NCBI RefSeq assembly: GCF_018977255.1 | Contig: NW_024704742.1 | Coordinates: 122,204,001 to 122,268,000 of the forward strand | Origin: Callorhinchus milii | Lineage: Eukaryota | DNA: 64,000 nt | Direction of reading: 5' to 3' | Shown here: positions 1 to 12,516 of the stretch, in pieces | Numbering within the stretch: the first letter of the stretch is position 1 | How the letters are laid out: the number at the start of each line of letters is the position of its first letter | Notes under the pieces: model-generated | The model's database searches: none | What the model was told of the DNA's origin: nothing | What the model saw: the letters and a program-made list of their open reading frames with translations, nothing else | Translations under genes and position numbers: made by a program

Positions 1-101
1 TTTCTGTAACAGCTTCAAGCAATGAAGTCTGAGGAGAACAAAACTGGAGAATAAGTACACTATTTTCTTTACAAAAGTCTTTCTTCTTACTTTGCTTCTA
101 A

Positions 102-338
102 TCAAGATTTTGCTAGCAATAACTTCCTTTTTCCTGCTGGCTTCAGCATGTGCTGTCCAAAGTTTGGAGGTTCTGCAGTTTCCATGAAGTCAGACTTTGA
201 AAACTGGCTTTCATTTTCACAACTATCATTCTTGTAGCGATGTGCAAATTTTCGTTTCAAAGCTGCTGCTATTAGTGCAGTTGGATCTACTGAAGACTGA
301 TCTGGTTTGACCTTTAGATCATCCACTGATTTCTTCAC
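102..338 (-). pseudogene. MTFR1: MTFR1 (mitochondrial fission regulator 1) C-terminal coding fragment, probably a 5'-truncated processed copy; 3'UTR-like sequence runs to the window edge
   Basis: Translation VKKSVDDLKVKPDQSSVDPTALIAAALKRKFAHRYKNDS...FGQHMLKPAGKRK* resembles the recalled human MTFR1 C-terminus ([38 protein letters not shown]...FGPHMLKPTGKMK). Stop TGA at 104-102. Similarity stops abruptly at 338 and no upstream MTFR1 exons were recognised in the window. Confidence 0.8.
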
Positions 339-689
339 AAATTAAATAAGTTACTGTCTGGGCAGCATGGTACAGTAGTGGACGGGTTCTCCAGTGAGCT
401 TTGCTGTGAGTGATAGGAAGTGCGGGTGGGGGAAGTATTATGCTCCTGTTTATTGCATAGTGAGCTCCAGATGGCCACCATGTCAAAGAAGACAATATTG
501 TACTTGGTTTCACCACAGCAAGAGATTTAAAGGTGCAGAGACAGTCACTTCAGGCCTCACATACATCCAAGTATTTCTCTCTATTAATCTCTCAACAACA
601 ATAACAATTTGCCTTTCACCGAGGGAGAACATTTCAAAGTAGTTTACAAAGACTGAGTTTGTATTATTTAGCATTATTTAGCATGGGAA

Positions 690-870
690 GCCATGGGAAG
701 CCTGAGCTGGGAGCGAGATAGGAGGAACAGGATAGAGTTGGCCAAGGGAGTATGGGCGCAGGAGATTCCAGAGGTAGGATGAGATGAAGCCATGGAGGCG
801 TTTGCAAGTAAGAATGAAGATCTTAAATGTAATCTGTGAGGGATAGGGATCCAGTGGAGGAGGTGAGGAG
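690..870 (-). mobile_element. Old L2 LINE fragment
   Basis: Minus-strand translation HLLHWIPIPHR (the L2 ORF2 C-terminal LHWLP motif); similar to other L2 copies in the window. Confidence 0.65.
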
Positions 871-1410
871 AGATAGATCTACCACTAACTATTTTATATT
901 TATGTCCCCTTGTTTGGGACTCACCAATCAGTGGAACAAGCCTATCAACATTTACCTCATTGAAACTTTTCCTTATAATGTAATGCATAATATCCACTTG
1001 CCTTTATCCCCTTCCCCACCCCAACTACCCCACCCTCTACCCCCACTTCACACTCCCCTAGCATTCATTCTGAGCAGTTGGTATGCATCTTCAGTTTGAA
1101 GTCAAAGCTTTGATCTTATCCTGTAATCATCCAAATTGTAACAAGATTATTTTTCTGACCTCAATGAAGCTGTTTACTTTAGTAGATTTAAAGCCGGTGA
1201 TGCAAATGTACACTATGTAGCGATTAAATCTTAACCAGTACGTTTATTTAAATGTCCAAATGGTGGGATTTCTAAACGCTTTGTGCAATGATATGAATTT
1301 CACATCCAGCTTGAGCTCCCAGTCAGTGCTTTGAGATGTTTGTCCCCGTCACTACCCCAACACCCCCATGTGAAAGGCACTATATAAATGTAAATTGTAA
1401 TAGTATAATA

Positions 1411-1490
1411 CCATCAGTGAGTATCATACCATCAGTGAGTATCATGCTATCAGTGAGTAACATACTATCACAGAGTACCATGCTATCAGC
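1411..1490. repeat. 18-bp tandem repeat, about 4.5 degenerate copies
   Basis: Unit CCATCAGTGAGTATCATA repeated with substitutions. Confidence 0.85.
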
Positions 1491-1861
1491 AAGTTGCTGT
1501 GCAGGTTAAACATGGTGAACAACCAATTTGCATCACTTCATGCAACATGCAGGTTTTGTCTTGCACAGGTCAAAGGTTGCAGTGGGTTTACAGCAATGTG
1601 TTTCCACTTGCCATCTGTATTAATGATGACAGATAAATGCGGAAAATGGGAAATAGGGTGGAATTTAAGATGGAATCCATATGGACTTGTAGGATAATAA
1701 ATGAGGAGTTTGTGTAAAACCAGTATTTCCTCCCATTGACTTTGATGAGTTATTGAATTTCGTACCGCTGTTTAATTAAGATACCTGTCACAGTATTGGT
1801 ACTCACACCCCAGTTTTTCTCGACAATGTTAAGCTTTTTNATTGTTTGATCTACCTCAAAT

Positions 1862-2500
1862 TACAACAACAAAATTACATTTGAATAGCGCCTTTCACAT
1901 CGGGGAGGACGTCCCAAGGTGCTGGACAGACAAACCTTTGGACCTGTGCTGGGAATCGGGGTCGGGGAGGGTGAAGGCCAGTGGGGGGAAGCAGGGAGAT
2001 TGAAAGCAATTGAAGAGGAGGGTCTTGAGATGGGTCTTGAAGGTGGCAAGGGAGGGAGTGAGGTGGAGGGACTGCGGGATGGAGTTCCAGAGGGTGAGCC
2101 AGAGTCGCAGAAGGCCCACCCGCCAATAGTGGAGCGAGTGAGGCGGGGGACGTGAAGCAGGCTGGAGCCCGCTGAGCAGAGGGGGCGAGCAGGATGGTAG
2201 GGGGTTAGGAGGTCGCAGAGGTAGGGAGGAGCGAGGCCATGGAGGCCTTTGAAGGTGCAGGATCTTGAACTGTATTCTCTGTGTGATGGGATGCCAGTGG
2301 AGTTGCAGAGGATGGGGGTGATAGAGTCAAGGAACCTGGTGCAGGAGGGGACGGGGGCTGCAGAGTTCTGGATGACCTGCAGTCTATGGAGGGAGGAGTT
2401 GGGGAGGCTGTCAAGCAATGAGTTTGCATAGTCGAGCCTCGATGTAATGAAAGCATGTATGAAGGTTTCGGTGGAGCCGGGTGACGTTGCGGAGGTGGAG
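1862..2500 (-). mobile_element. L2 LINE 3' fragment
   Basis: ETFIHAFITSRLDYANSLL...LQVIQNSAA...APPYL motifs; 3' end GGGACGTCCTCCCCGATGTGAAAGGCGCTAT followed by a (TTG)n tail. Confidence 0.92.
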
Positions 2501-4548
2501 CAAGGCAGAGCCACCAAATTAGCCACCAAATGCCATTTTGTCAACTCTTTAGACTACAGCATACTTCATTTGGACTTCCAAGAATAATATGCCTCAGAGA
2601 AAGAGGAACATTGTGTTAAGATTCTCCTGCAGAAGTGTTTATTTATTAATTTTAGTGCATATCAAAAAAATTCAAATTGTAGTGAGGCAGTGAGATGTAT
2701 GTAGTAATGAATGATGTAGAGTCAGTTATGAGGTTGGGAAGCTCAAGTTTCAGTGATGATTATGATGCCGGTAAGGGACGTTCCAACAAGTTGAGAAGCA
2801 TCACGTCAACCATGTGGATGAGCTTAGTTACAGTCCTCAACTCATGCCTATTCACTCTGTTCACAAATGACTTGTAGTGTAAGTGAATGGGCAGCCAGAA
2901 TTTGCAGGTCCCAAGCAGTACTAGAGATTAGAATCTCCTCAGCTAGGATTTTAGTATATTTGAAAAGAGAAGGAAGATTCTCTCCTGGCCAAAAATGCCC
3001 CAAATACAATTGATCATTCACTTAATACTTGTTTGTGGGATATTGCTGTTCGCAAATTGGCTGCCACGATCACCCAGACAGTCACTACACATCACAGTAA
3101 AATCCTGTGAAGTGTTTTGAGATATCCTGATGATATAATAAAAAGCTAAATCAAATACTAGGATTATTTGTTTTTGACCTCTATTACTTTGTTTGGTAGA
3201 TTATTCCAAACCTTTTTGCTGGAAACTTTAATCATCAGAGAGGCTAGAAAGAAGTTGATAATAAACATCCGAATCTGGTCATATTAAAAAAAATGTTCTC
3301 AGCATTTTTATTCAATATTTAAACTGATACAAGGTCATTAAAAACAGCGGTACTCACTCTCCAAGCATATCTGTCTGCACAGCATTAAAAGAGATGTTGA
3401 TTCCTGCAGACAGTAATGGTTTGAAACACCGAAGCTTGTCGTGTTATGCCTCAGTGGCTTCAGTGATGGACAAAGGAATGCTACATAAAATATGATGAAT
3501 GTGAACAGAGGATGTAGGGGAGTGCTGGATCACTTAAAAGTGCAGGGATCTTAATTCACAAAAAAACAATTTAATGTGGCTTGTAACTATTCTACATGAT
3601 GAAATACATCACTAATTTATTTGTGACTGCTGTGTGCAGGTGCTGTGAAAATGGCACACTTGCATTATGCTGAAAACTCACGGAGGAGACTGAATTCTGA
3701 TTGTGCAAATGTTTGAAAAAACAGAGGCTGAATTAATTGGGCTAGGAATTCCCTGAAGTATTTTTTTGCATTTGATGTAGCACCTTTCTTTTTTCACCCC
3801 TGCTCGGGTCCAAATCCTTGGACGTCCTCCCGACTCGAAAGGCGCTATATAAATGTAATTTGTTGTTGTTGCGGTTTCACGTCAAGAAAACATCTAATAT
3901 CCCGTGAAGAGCTTTGAGTGTGTAGTAGTGGCTGTATATTTTGGGAGAACGTCTCAAAGCACTTCACGGGATTTAGTGTGAAGTGCAGTGTCTGTGTATA
4001 TTGTTGGTGAACAAAGCAGCTAATTTGGTGCTCAGCAATATCTCACAAACACCCATGAAGTCGAGAGTAAATAAAGAAAAGCAAAGGGAAGGCTCGACTT
4101 GCCAGTCATTAGATAGATAATGGCAAAAATAACTATTATGTTGTGTGATTGCTCTTGCTTTAATTTTTACAAACGTTCTGAGCGATAATAGATGGTGTCA
4201 GCATCTGCAGAAATTCCTTGCCTTGTCTGACCTCTAAATCCCAAGGAAGGAAAACCCATCTCAATCGGTTTTCAAGGTGCTTGTCCTCCATGCCTTTTAC
4301 TGACGACAACAAATGTTTTGTTAAACAATAGAAAATATTGTGGCTGAATACTGAGCAAGCAGTGTTTGTTTTCCTAAAGCTGGCTTTACTCTGATTAAAA
4401 AAAGCTCTGATTACAAAAGTAACCTGTTATCCCGATTTATTATATATATGTTTTAACAAAATGAACTTCCACCTTGCAAGCTGTATAATCATTTGATGCA
4501 GAGCGAGTGGATTGCCAGATAATTAATTCCTTTCAGACAGGCTGTTGG

Positions 4549-4566
4549 TGACGTCAACTGACGTCA
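4549..4566. promoter_or_regulatory. Two perfect cAMP response elements (TGACGTCA x2) about 480 bp upstream of the PDE4D8-like ATG
   Basis: TGACGTCA at 4549-4556 and 4559-4566; a 7/8 site TGACGTTA at 4687-4694; lies in a repeat-free stretch. Confidence 0.75.
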
Positions 4567-5036
4567 ATCAGTGGTTGTAATCAGGCTGGAAGTGAAACTT
4601 GGACAGGATTCATAAGAAGCTCAGAGTGCTCACTGCTTGATGACATAGAACCCAACATTAACAAAGTGCAAGTCTACAGTTTCTGGTGACGTTATATTCT
4701 GTAATGCCAAATAAAGTTGTGTACTCAAGACGTTTCTTTAATCAGGTAGAGCGAGTGAAAAGGGGGCCAGGCTTGCCTATGGTAATCAGATACTAAAAGC
4801 ATTTAATCCAAATCGCTTCGTGTGCACAGACCACTCTTCCTGTGCACAAAATCCTGAAGTTCCCATCCAGATTCTGCTTACAACCGTCCATGGCTGGCCA
4901 GGCTGTAGCGTAATAAAAAGGAAATTCCCATTGACAGTCAGTGTGCTGAATAACTAGCGCAAGGCACGTAGACCATTATTGGCCTAATTCCCCTTTTAAT
5001 CAAATCGTGCTGCTGGCCTAAGCATTTTAGCAGCTT

Positions 5037-5125
5037 ATGGCCTTCTATTGTGATTCCGCAGGAGCCTTCGGCCTTCGCTTGTCTCCAAGAGGCAGGAAAC
5101 GAGTGCGATTTTTAAAGTCCTACAG
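5037..5125 (+). CDS. PDE4D: Alternative first coding exon of PDE4D, PDE4D8-like (MAFYCDSAGAFGLRLSPRGRKRVRFLKSY+S)
   Basis: ATG at 5037, 29 codons plus AG, donor AG|GTAGCT (phase 2). Aligns without gaps to the recalled human PDE4D8 N-terminus MAFVWDPLGATVPGPSTRAKSRLRFSKSYS, about half identical including the KSYS end. Confidence 0.85.
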
Positions 5126-6622
5126 GTAGCTGTATGTCTCATTGCGTTAATGTCCTCCAGCACCTTGCTGAAGGTTACATTCCAATACAATTTATTAACC
5201 TGCAGCGGTCTGTACAGTATTGTGGTATTTATTGCATCGTTGGGAGCAATTTCTCAACAACACGTTATTAGCAATGTTTGTATTTAACAAACTTTTCTGA
5301 AACAAGGACAGTTGTAAGAAAGTAAAATGTGTTTATTTTTTGCAGTAACCAATATTATTCTTGCAGTGTGAAATAAGTGTGAAATTAAGTGTGAAATATA
5401 ATCAATCAATAATCGGAGACCAGCCAGTTTGTAGAGACTAAAACTACCTCTACATCACCTTCAATTGAATTTCTGTGCTCAGTTCTCTGTAACTTTGAAT
5501 AATCTGCTGCTATACAGGTATTCGGTAATTGTATATTACTGTATTTTCTATGGTTGGGATGGTCAAATTTCAGTTTCATTCTTCAAGTGAGCTAAAATGC
5601 TTTCACATTGGAAGGATGTCTCAAAGTGTTTTCTTTTATGGCAGGGGAAGGTGTGGTCATGGACCCACACATATCCTAAGGGTTATGCCTTTAGTACATA
5701 GATCTAATTCTCTCGAAATTCACTTGAATATTATGTCTTAAGCAGCTTTGTTTCACTGTTCAGTTGCAAAATTATTGAAAAGTGTGCAACTTGATTGCCA
5801 AAAAAACCACTGTGATTGAATCACAATTATACCTGGTTCGCAAGCTCTTTAAACTGCAAATAAAAGCAATCAGCTCTTCAGATCTGTGCACCACGGACCA
5901 TTTAATTATCAATCAGCAGTTCAGTTTACAGAACGCCCACATTGTATGCAGTAGTGAATGGAGTTTGAAACTCTGCTGTTGTTTGGAGATGGAATCTGGC
6001 AGTGGAGTGATTGAATTAACCTTGTTTTCTGAGCATAAAACAATTATTTGGAGAACATTTTATACTTGGAATGTAAGCTTGATCAAACGTTTGGACCAGA
6101 AATTGTGTACATTAGCAATAGCAGTACGACACTGTTATGAAGCTCCTTGTTGGTTTGCTTAAAACATGGATCTGTGAACCCCGCAGTTACCAGAAGGGTG
6201 GTACACTTTCAGAGTGGTTTAACCTGTTTACTGTGCGGGAAGTTGTCTGTTCAGGCACCATCATTATCGCGAGTGGTCTATTGCTACTATTGTTTTCCAA
6301 GAACAATTGGCTTCCTGTGTGAATGTGCAGTGAGCTGGCTATTCTGTGCCAGAAGCAGGAAGTGGTGTCAGTGATAACTTTCTATGTGGAAGCGAGCCAG
6401 CAGCCATTACAACCCAAAGGCGTGATTTCTTGGATCCGATGCACCGTGTTATAACAGTGATGCCATGTAGTTGAGAACTGTGAATATCTGTGCCTTTGAC
6501 CACAAATTTGACCAGGTGTGCAGCCAAGAGCTGAGTGTCTTAATATTGGAATCTATCATACTAAATTGGTCAACGTTCCTCAGAAGTTAACCCAAGTTGT
6601 ATATACTGTGTTTGGTCTGAGT

Positions 6623-6819
6623 GTCAGCCTGGCTTAGTTAGATGTACTTTCATCTCTGATTCAGAAGGTTGTGGGTTTGAGCCCCATTGTCAGATCTTTG
6701 AACTCACATAGTCTAGGTTGACACTCCAGTGCCATGCTGGGGGGGTGTTGCACTGATGAAGGTGCCATTCTTCAGATGATAATTCAGTTAATCCGAGGTT
6801 CCGTCTGCCTGTTCAGGTG
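6623..6819 (+). mobile_element. 5' part of an old tRNA-derived SINE (SacSINE1/DeuSINE-like), interrupted by the Gypsy relic; its tail is at about 7894-8030
   Basis: GTCAGCCTGGCTTAGTT...TCAGAAGGTTGTGGGTTTGAGCCCCA head shared with copies at 9253, 25984 and 53293. Deu-like GGACATTGCTGCGTGCAGATTG resumes after the Gypsy sequence. Confidence 0.7.
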
Positions 6820-7893
6820 TGTTGCATATTGCTTTAGAGACTTAAATGGTAATTGGACATTGACAATGAGAAGCAAGCAAGTATAAAAGGATTCTAGGAA
6901 AGTGACTGGGCAGATTGTGGAAGAGGGTGGATGTGTAAGGTTTAAATAAAGGAACCAGTGAATCTAAACTGTGTATTGGATTAACAAACATTACATGGTG
7001 TCAGAGTGAAAAGGGAAACCTGGAGTTAAACAGACTATGAGATTGAATACGGACTGAAAAGCCAAATGCCGAGAGAAACAGAATTGAATGCTGTACCAAG
7101 GTATGTGCAGATACCAAAATCACTGAAGTTAGTTGGAAATTTGAGGCACAATTGGCAATGGTTTGAAAGAGACTTTCAAATTTTGGGATTAGAGGCAAAC
7201 TAATGAAACTGCCGCAGAAACAGCAGTCTGAAATTTTTTTGAATGTGGCAGTCGAGGCAGCAAGGGAATATTTTGCAACCCGAGAAAGAGAGGTGGGCAA
7301 GCCAGTGAATGAGATGATGACTATTATGATGGAAAGATACTGTGGGAAAAATAATGTGTGTAATTGACCGATTTAAGTTTGGAACAAGAAAGCAGGGACC
7401 CACAGAATCATTCAATCAGTACTGTGCGGTACTGAAATCCCTAAATAAAAATTGTATTTATGAAACATTAAGAGAGGAAATATACGGGACCAGATTGTAG
7501 TTGGCATAAAAGATAGTAGCTTAAGAGGAAAGCTTTTGGGAAAAAGGGGATCTGACGTTAGAATCGACAATGGAGATAATAAGGATTGAAGAGGTGACAA
7601 AAATAAATATGAGAGACATGGAGAGAGAAACTGAAATGGAAATAGATGAACAAGCCAACGGACAAAGTTGGAATGATACAAATGAAGAGTATGGAGTGCA
7701 CAGAATATACAGACCAAGAGGGAGGCCAAACACAATGGACAAATGTGTCAAATGCGGACAAACCCACTGAGAGGGCGAGTGCAGTGGTAATCAAAGAGAA
7801 ACCAGACAAATCATTAAGGATATGGTTAGAATCACAACAGTTAAACAGGTCTATAAAAAGGGAAAATTATGCAATTCCCACTTTAGAAGCAAT
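6820..7893 (+). mobile_element. Decayed Ty3/Gypsy (Mag-clade-like) LTR retrotransposon: 5' LTR, PBS, gag and the start of RT
   Basis: TG...CA segment 6820-6995 with TATA-like and AATAAA motifs, then PBS TGGTGTCAGAGTG. Gag remnants GNLRHNWQWFERDFQI, RFKFGTRKQGPTESFNQY, RDQIVVGIKDSSLR and KCVKCGQTH; RT remnant VVIKEKPDKSLRIWLESQQLNRSIKRENYAIPTLE. Confidence 0.85.
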
Positions 7894-8059
7894 AGGACAT
7901 TGCTGCGTGCAGATTGTCTGCTCTGTACCTTACAAAATACACAGTCACTAGACTGCAATCTGTGAGGCACTTTGAGATCTCCTCCTGATGTGAAAGTTGC
8001 TGTATCAAATGCAACAATTATTATTATTTGAAAGCCAGTGCAGCCCAAATTAAATCTTG

Positions 8060-8252
8060 TCGTAAACTTGTGGAACAGGCTCCCTAGGGAGAAAGTGGAA
8101 GCAGAAAATGTCATTTGTTTCAAGAACAAATTAGATAGATTTTTGCTAGAAAATAATATCTCAGGATACAGTATATAGTTTGGAACATAACATGTCAAAC
8201 ATCTGCCAGGATAGTAAACTAGGTGGCCAAGCAAATTCTTATGTTCTTATGT
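8060..8252 (+). mobile_element. CR1 LINE 3' end
   Basis: VVNLWNRLPREKVEAENVICFKNKLDRFL translation; tail ATTCTTATGTTCTTATG. Confidence 0.8.
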
Positions 8253-8774
8253 TGTGTTTTGCTTGTATTATTGTTATGAATGGAAAAATAAGGCCCAAGT
8301 CCTATGATTCGAAACAGGAGTCAAGGATAATTTATCTGACTTGACACCCAATAGATTTGCTATTTGTCCCAGTCACCAATTCAGATATATGGACTGATCC
8401 GTGAAGGTCATGCCTGTGCTGTCTACCTGGTAGTAGGAGATTCCCCAGGCCTATTTTCCCCTGACACATTTCCCCTGAGAAATCTGGTTGCTGTTAAACC
8501 AGCTTGTGCCGCACACGTGCAGAAATTTGTTTACAAAAGCATTACATGGACTGCTGTCTCTGCCGCAATCTGCTGTTCACATTCACTTTTACTAGAAGAC
8601 ACATGTGTTTTATAGGCTACCCCTTTCTCCCTTTTGCTGGAGGCCCAAATCTAACTGTCAGAGCACAGCCAAGGTTCTTCTGCGTTGCCATTTATATTCC
8701 CATGGGTTAAAAACTACAGACAAGGCTTCTCCAGTTACTTAATGGGCAAATATTGGTGTTCTGTGCCACACAGA

Positions 8775-9097
8775 CCAATTTGCCCGCTCCCTCCGCTCAG
8801 CGGGCACTGGTCTGTTTCATGTTCTCGCCCTGCCTGGCCCACCATCGGTGGTCCGGCCTTCAGCCTTTCTGCCCCCACTCCCGGAGTACCTTTGCCTCTC
8901 CCCTTGCCTCACCTCCTTCAAGGTTTGTCTCAAGACTGCGCCGAGGACATCTTCCCGCCCTTTCTGATAAACTTGGCCCCACCCCTCCTAAATCTGATCC
9001 CCAGATTGGGTGCAAATCCTCGATCGTCCAGCACCTTGGAACTTCATCCTGATGTGAAAGCGCTATATGAATGCAGTTTATTGCTGTTCGTTGTTGT
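8775..9097 (+). mobile_element. L2 LINE 3' fragment
   Basis: PTIGGPAFSLSAP motif, GTGAAAGCGCTATATGAATG end and (TTG)-like tail. Confidence 0.8.
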
Positions 9098-9252
9098 TAG
9101 GTCCAGGTTGTGCCAAAGTAGTGGGATATAATTGCCTGCAGCATTCCCAGGTGAGTGAAGCAAACTATCAGCAAGAATTCTCACATCTGTTTACTGCACA
9201 CTGTCCCCTGGTGGAAATACACATTCAGGGACTTTTAGGGTAAGGATTGGAC

Positions 9253-9697
9253 TCAGCTGTCTTTATGTTGGTACCACTCTCTCCTACTGATTCAGAAGGT
9301 TGTGAGTTCAAGCCCCACATCAGGGACTTTGAGCTCATGGTCTTGACTGACACACCATAGCTTTGCTGTGCGAGCACTGCATTGTCGGAGGTGCCGACCT
9401 TCAGGTGAGACATTAAAATCAGTTCCCATCTGCCTGTTCAGGTGGACCTTAAAGATGCCATTGCACTATTTGAGACGAGAAGGGAGATTCTCCCAGTGTT
9501 CTGGTCAACATTACCTCTGGCTAAAATTAGTCAATCACTTTACAGCTGCTTGTGGGACATTTCTGTATGTAAAATCGATTGCCACGCTTTACCACAAATA
9601 CACAATTAATATACTTTATAGTAAATCCTATGAAGCACTTTGAAATATTTCAACAACATGTTAAGGTACTATATCAAATGCAAGAATTATTATTATC
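9253..9697 (+). mobile_element. Old SacSINE1/DeuSINE-like SINE, near full length
   Basis: tRNA-like head (TCAGAAGGTTGTGAGTTCAAGCCCCAC), central TGTGGGACATTTCTGT, L2-like tail ending ATCAAATGCAAGAATTATTATT. Confidence 0.75.
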
Positions 9698-12145
9698 GTG
9701 CCCTTTCTGTCTTAAGCTGATAAGCCCATTCACAGTATTGTCCAAGTTATAAACACTGGTACAGATTGGTTGGGACGAGTGGCCTGTTTCTATACTGTAC
9801 ATTCTTAGTATTCTTCAGACTTGAATGGTTACTTAGGCAAAGTACTGGAGACCATAGTCACGTTAACTGAATCTCAGCGTGAGACACCTGGGATGTGGAA
9901 AGAAAACCCAGTGTTGAATACTTGTGGGGAGAGCTAACAACATAGAGAAGTAAAAATACAGCTTTGCTTCCAGTAGTAACACAATGCTTTATGTTTAGTA
10001 CTTTGCTGACTGAAAATTGTGCCTGGAATATCTGAGCAGGAAGAGACTCCATGAATTAACGTGAAACATGAAGAAGAAGAAAAAGCTGTTTAGCTTCTAT
10101 TACTTTTGCTTGTTAAATCGCAGACCATAAAGCTGTCTCAATAGTTTAGTTGATTTGTTCTGATAAAAAACAGAAATGGCCAAGTGTTAAACTTGCATCC
10201 TGCAGATACTGAAGTATCACAGTGAGAAGGGGAGTAAACCCCTGCAGTATAGTCCAAAAATAGTCAGAATAAAAAGCAGGCATCAAGTTAATTCAGTGAA
10301 CCGTTCTGCTGGTATTGGACGGTTCACATAAACTTACGGAGTAAACCTGTAAACATGAAGAAGGAGCAGACTGACTCACTTTGGCAAAGCTGAGCATTGT
10401 AAAGGTAAACATTACATACAGGACTAAGAATTATAGTTCTGAGTGTCAATAAAGGTGTGGAACTCTGTGCCTGTTAAAATAATCTCAGTGAAAAACAAAC
10501 ACTAACTTCACTACAAATAGTGTGGAGGGGCATTTGCTTAGGTTTTGCAACAATCCTGTGAAGTACTTTGATACAACCCGACAATGTGATAAGGTGCGAT
10601 ATCAAATGTAAGAATTATTGTTCGAAAGGGTGTGACCATTAGAATGAAGAGATTTTTTGGAGGGAGGGGATGTTCTTTCCTGTTCCTGAAAAATGTGTTG
10701 TGTAGACAAGACCTTGATTTAACTTCTCATCCAAAGGATGGCACCTCCAACAATGTAGCACTCCTCCAGCAATGCACTGGAGTGTTAACCTTTTATTGTA
10801 TGATGAAGTGCTCCTCTTTATATGCACCTGATTGGACACTCAGGGAAGCAGTGCTTGGACTCTTGATTTTTGTGGACTCCTTGTATTTACGCATTTTTTA
10901 AAAATATCCTGTTTCACTGGAGGATGGTAGCAATTCAGAGTCTCAAAGATGCTGCTCTTCTGATCCCCTTTTTATTTTGGTGCCAAATTGACCAGAAAAA
11001 TTTCCAATTTTATTGTATCTGAGATACCTTTGCACACATTCAAAAATGACTGACCAACTAACTATTCCAGCGATGACTTTTGTGACTTTAGTTGGGAGAA
11101 ATGCTCAATAACAAAGCAGCTGCTGATGATTATGGGGGGGGTGGGGGCAACGTGTGCCAAGGCGGGTAACAAGATACTGATTTGAAAATCAAAAGAAAAA
11201 ATGAGAAAAGTTCAAAACTAAAAACAGAAACCTGAAAAACTATTTCCACAAGAGCTAGGTATCAGCCACGTCAGATCTGGGTGGTTGGTTTACTCAATTT
11301 CCTGTGACATCAGAATCAGGTTGACATTCAAATGGCATTACCGAGTAACACATAAGTGATCCCTTTGGGACACCACAAAGGGACTAATACGATATTACAC
11401 ATTGTGTAGTTTACGTTGGTGGTGAGCAGCATTTGATTTCAGTACAACTGATTACTGGGCTCGGCAAACAGCTTAAAGCTCAATTGTTTACGTATTCCAA
11501 TTGATTCCATATTGTGATGGATCTGGAACCAGTATGTTGCTCTTTACTGTGTATGTGTGTGTATAAGCAAGTAGACATCATCACATGGCTTTCTCTATTC
11601 AATCCAGAATCATGTGCCTTTGTTTGCCTTTTTTTTTTTGCCTTAAGCTCTCCTCTCCTAAACTAAACACAAGTATTTGGATTACAAGAGCTTTCCTGCT
11701 TCCTGAACCTTCGATTTCTGCGTTCAACATATTTAGCATATTTTGCCCACAAAATGTACAGTCAATTCACTTTACAGTATATCCTGTGATGTGCTCTGAG
11801 ACTTCTCAACGCCGTGATAAGACGCTGTATGAAATGCAAGAATTATTAATATTAATGTTATTTAGCATTACAATTCATCACTACTTCATTGGTTTTGAAA
11901 ATACCAAAGCAGTATTTAAAAGAAAAAAAAATGGGTAAATGAGGAAACATAAATTCAGGAGCAAGGGAATAGATTAGATTGGTTTAATAAAGAAGCTACA
12001 ATAACAACCTACATTTATATAGTTCCCTTCACCTGGGATAGCGTCTCGGAGTACTTTAGTATACCAGCATAAGCTTGATAGGCCAAATGCTCTCCTTCTC
12101 TGGTGCAATTTCTATGACCTTTTGAATCTGACCATGACTTGCATT

Positions 12146-12516
12146 ATTAATAATAAGCCTTGCATTTCATATAGCAAGGTATCACATCTTCGAGAAGTCT
12201 CAAAGCACTTCACAGAAATATACTGTAAGGTGAATTGACTGTATATTTTTGTAGGCAAAACCCAGCAGCCAATTGCACACAGCAGTGTACCACAAACAGT
12301 CGCGGATTGAACCGACCAATTTTTTAAAAAAAGTTTGAAGGAATTATTAACTCCCGGAAAAACGATCCGCCAATTAACCTCCAACCGGGTTCGTACTTAC
12401 TGCTAGGTAAACAGAGGCTTGTGTAGTAAGGAAACTTGCCCAACATTTCACCCTGCCGGGAATCAAACCCAGGCTTGCAAGGCGAGTGTTCTAATCACTG
12501 AGCTACAGGACTCCAC
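12146..12516 (-). mobile_element. tRNA-derived SINE, long subfamily (contains CCTCTGTTTACCTAGCAGTAA)
   Basis: Head GTGGAGTCCTGTAGCTCAGTG on the minus strand, Deu-like TGCTGTGTGCAATTGGCTGC, (ATT)n tail. Confidence 0.88.

Noticed and set aside
1..338. Window being the MTFR1-PDE7A/ARMC1 locus
   Set aside because: No ARMC1 or further MTFR1 exons were recognised, and the identifiable exons are PDE4D8/D9-type.
1411..1490. Regularly spaced repeats as a CRISPR-like array
   Set aside because: Head-to-tail tandem units without unique spacers, in a vertebrate context.
3492..3555. ATGATGAATGTGAAC resembling the PDE4D3 start (MMHVN)
   Set aside because: Continues RGCRGVLDH to a stop, without the RRHSWIC motif or a matching donor.
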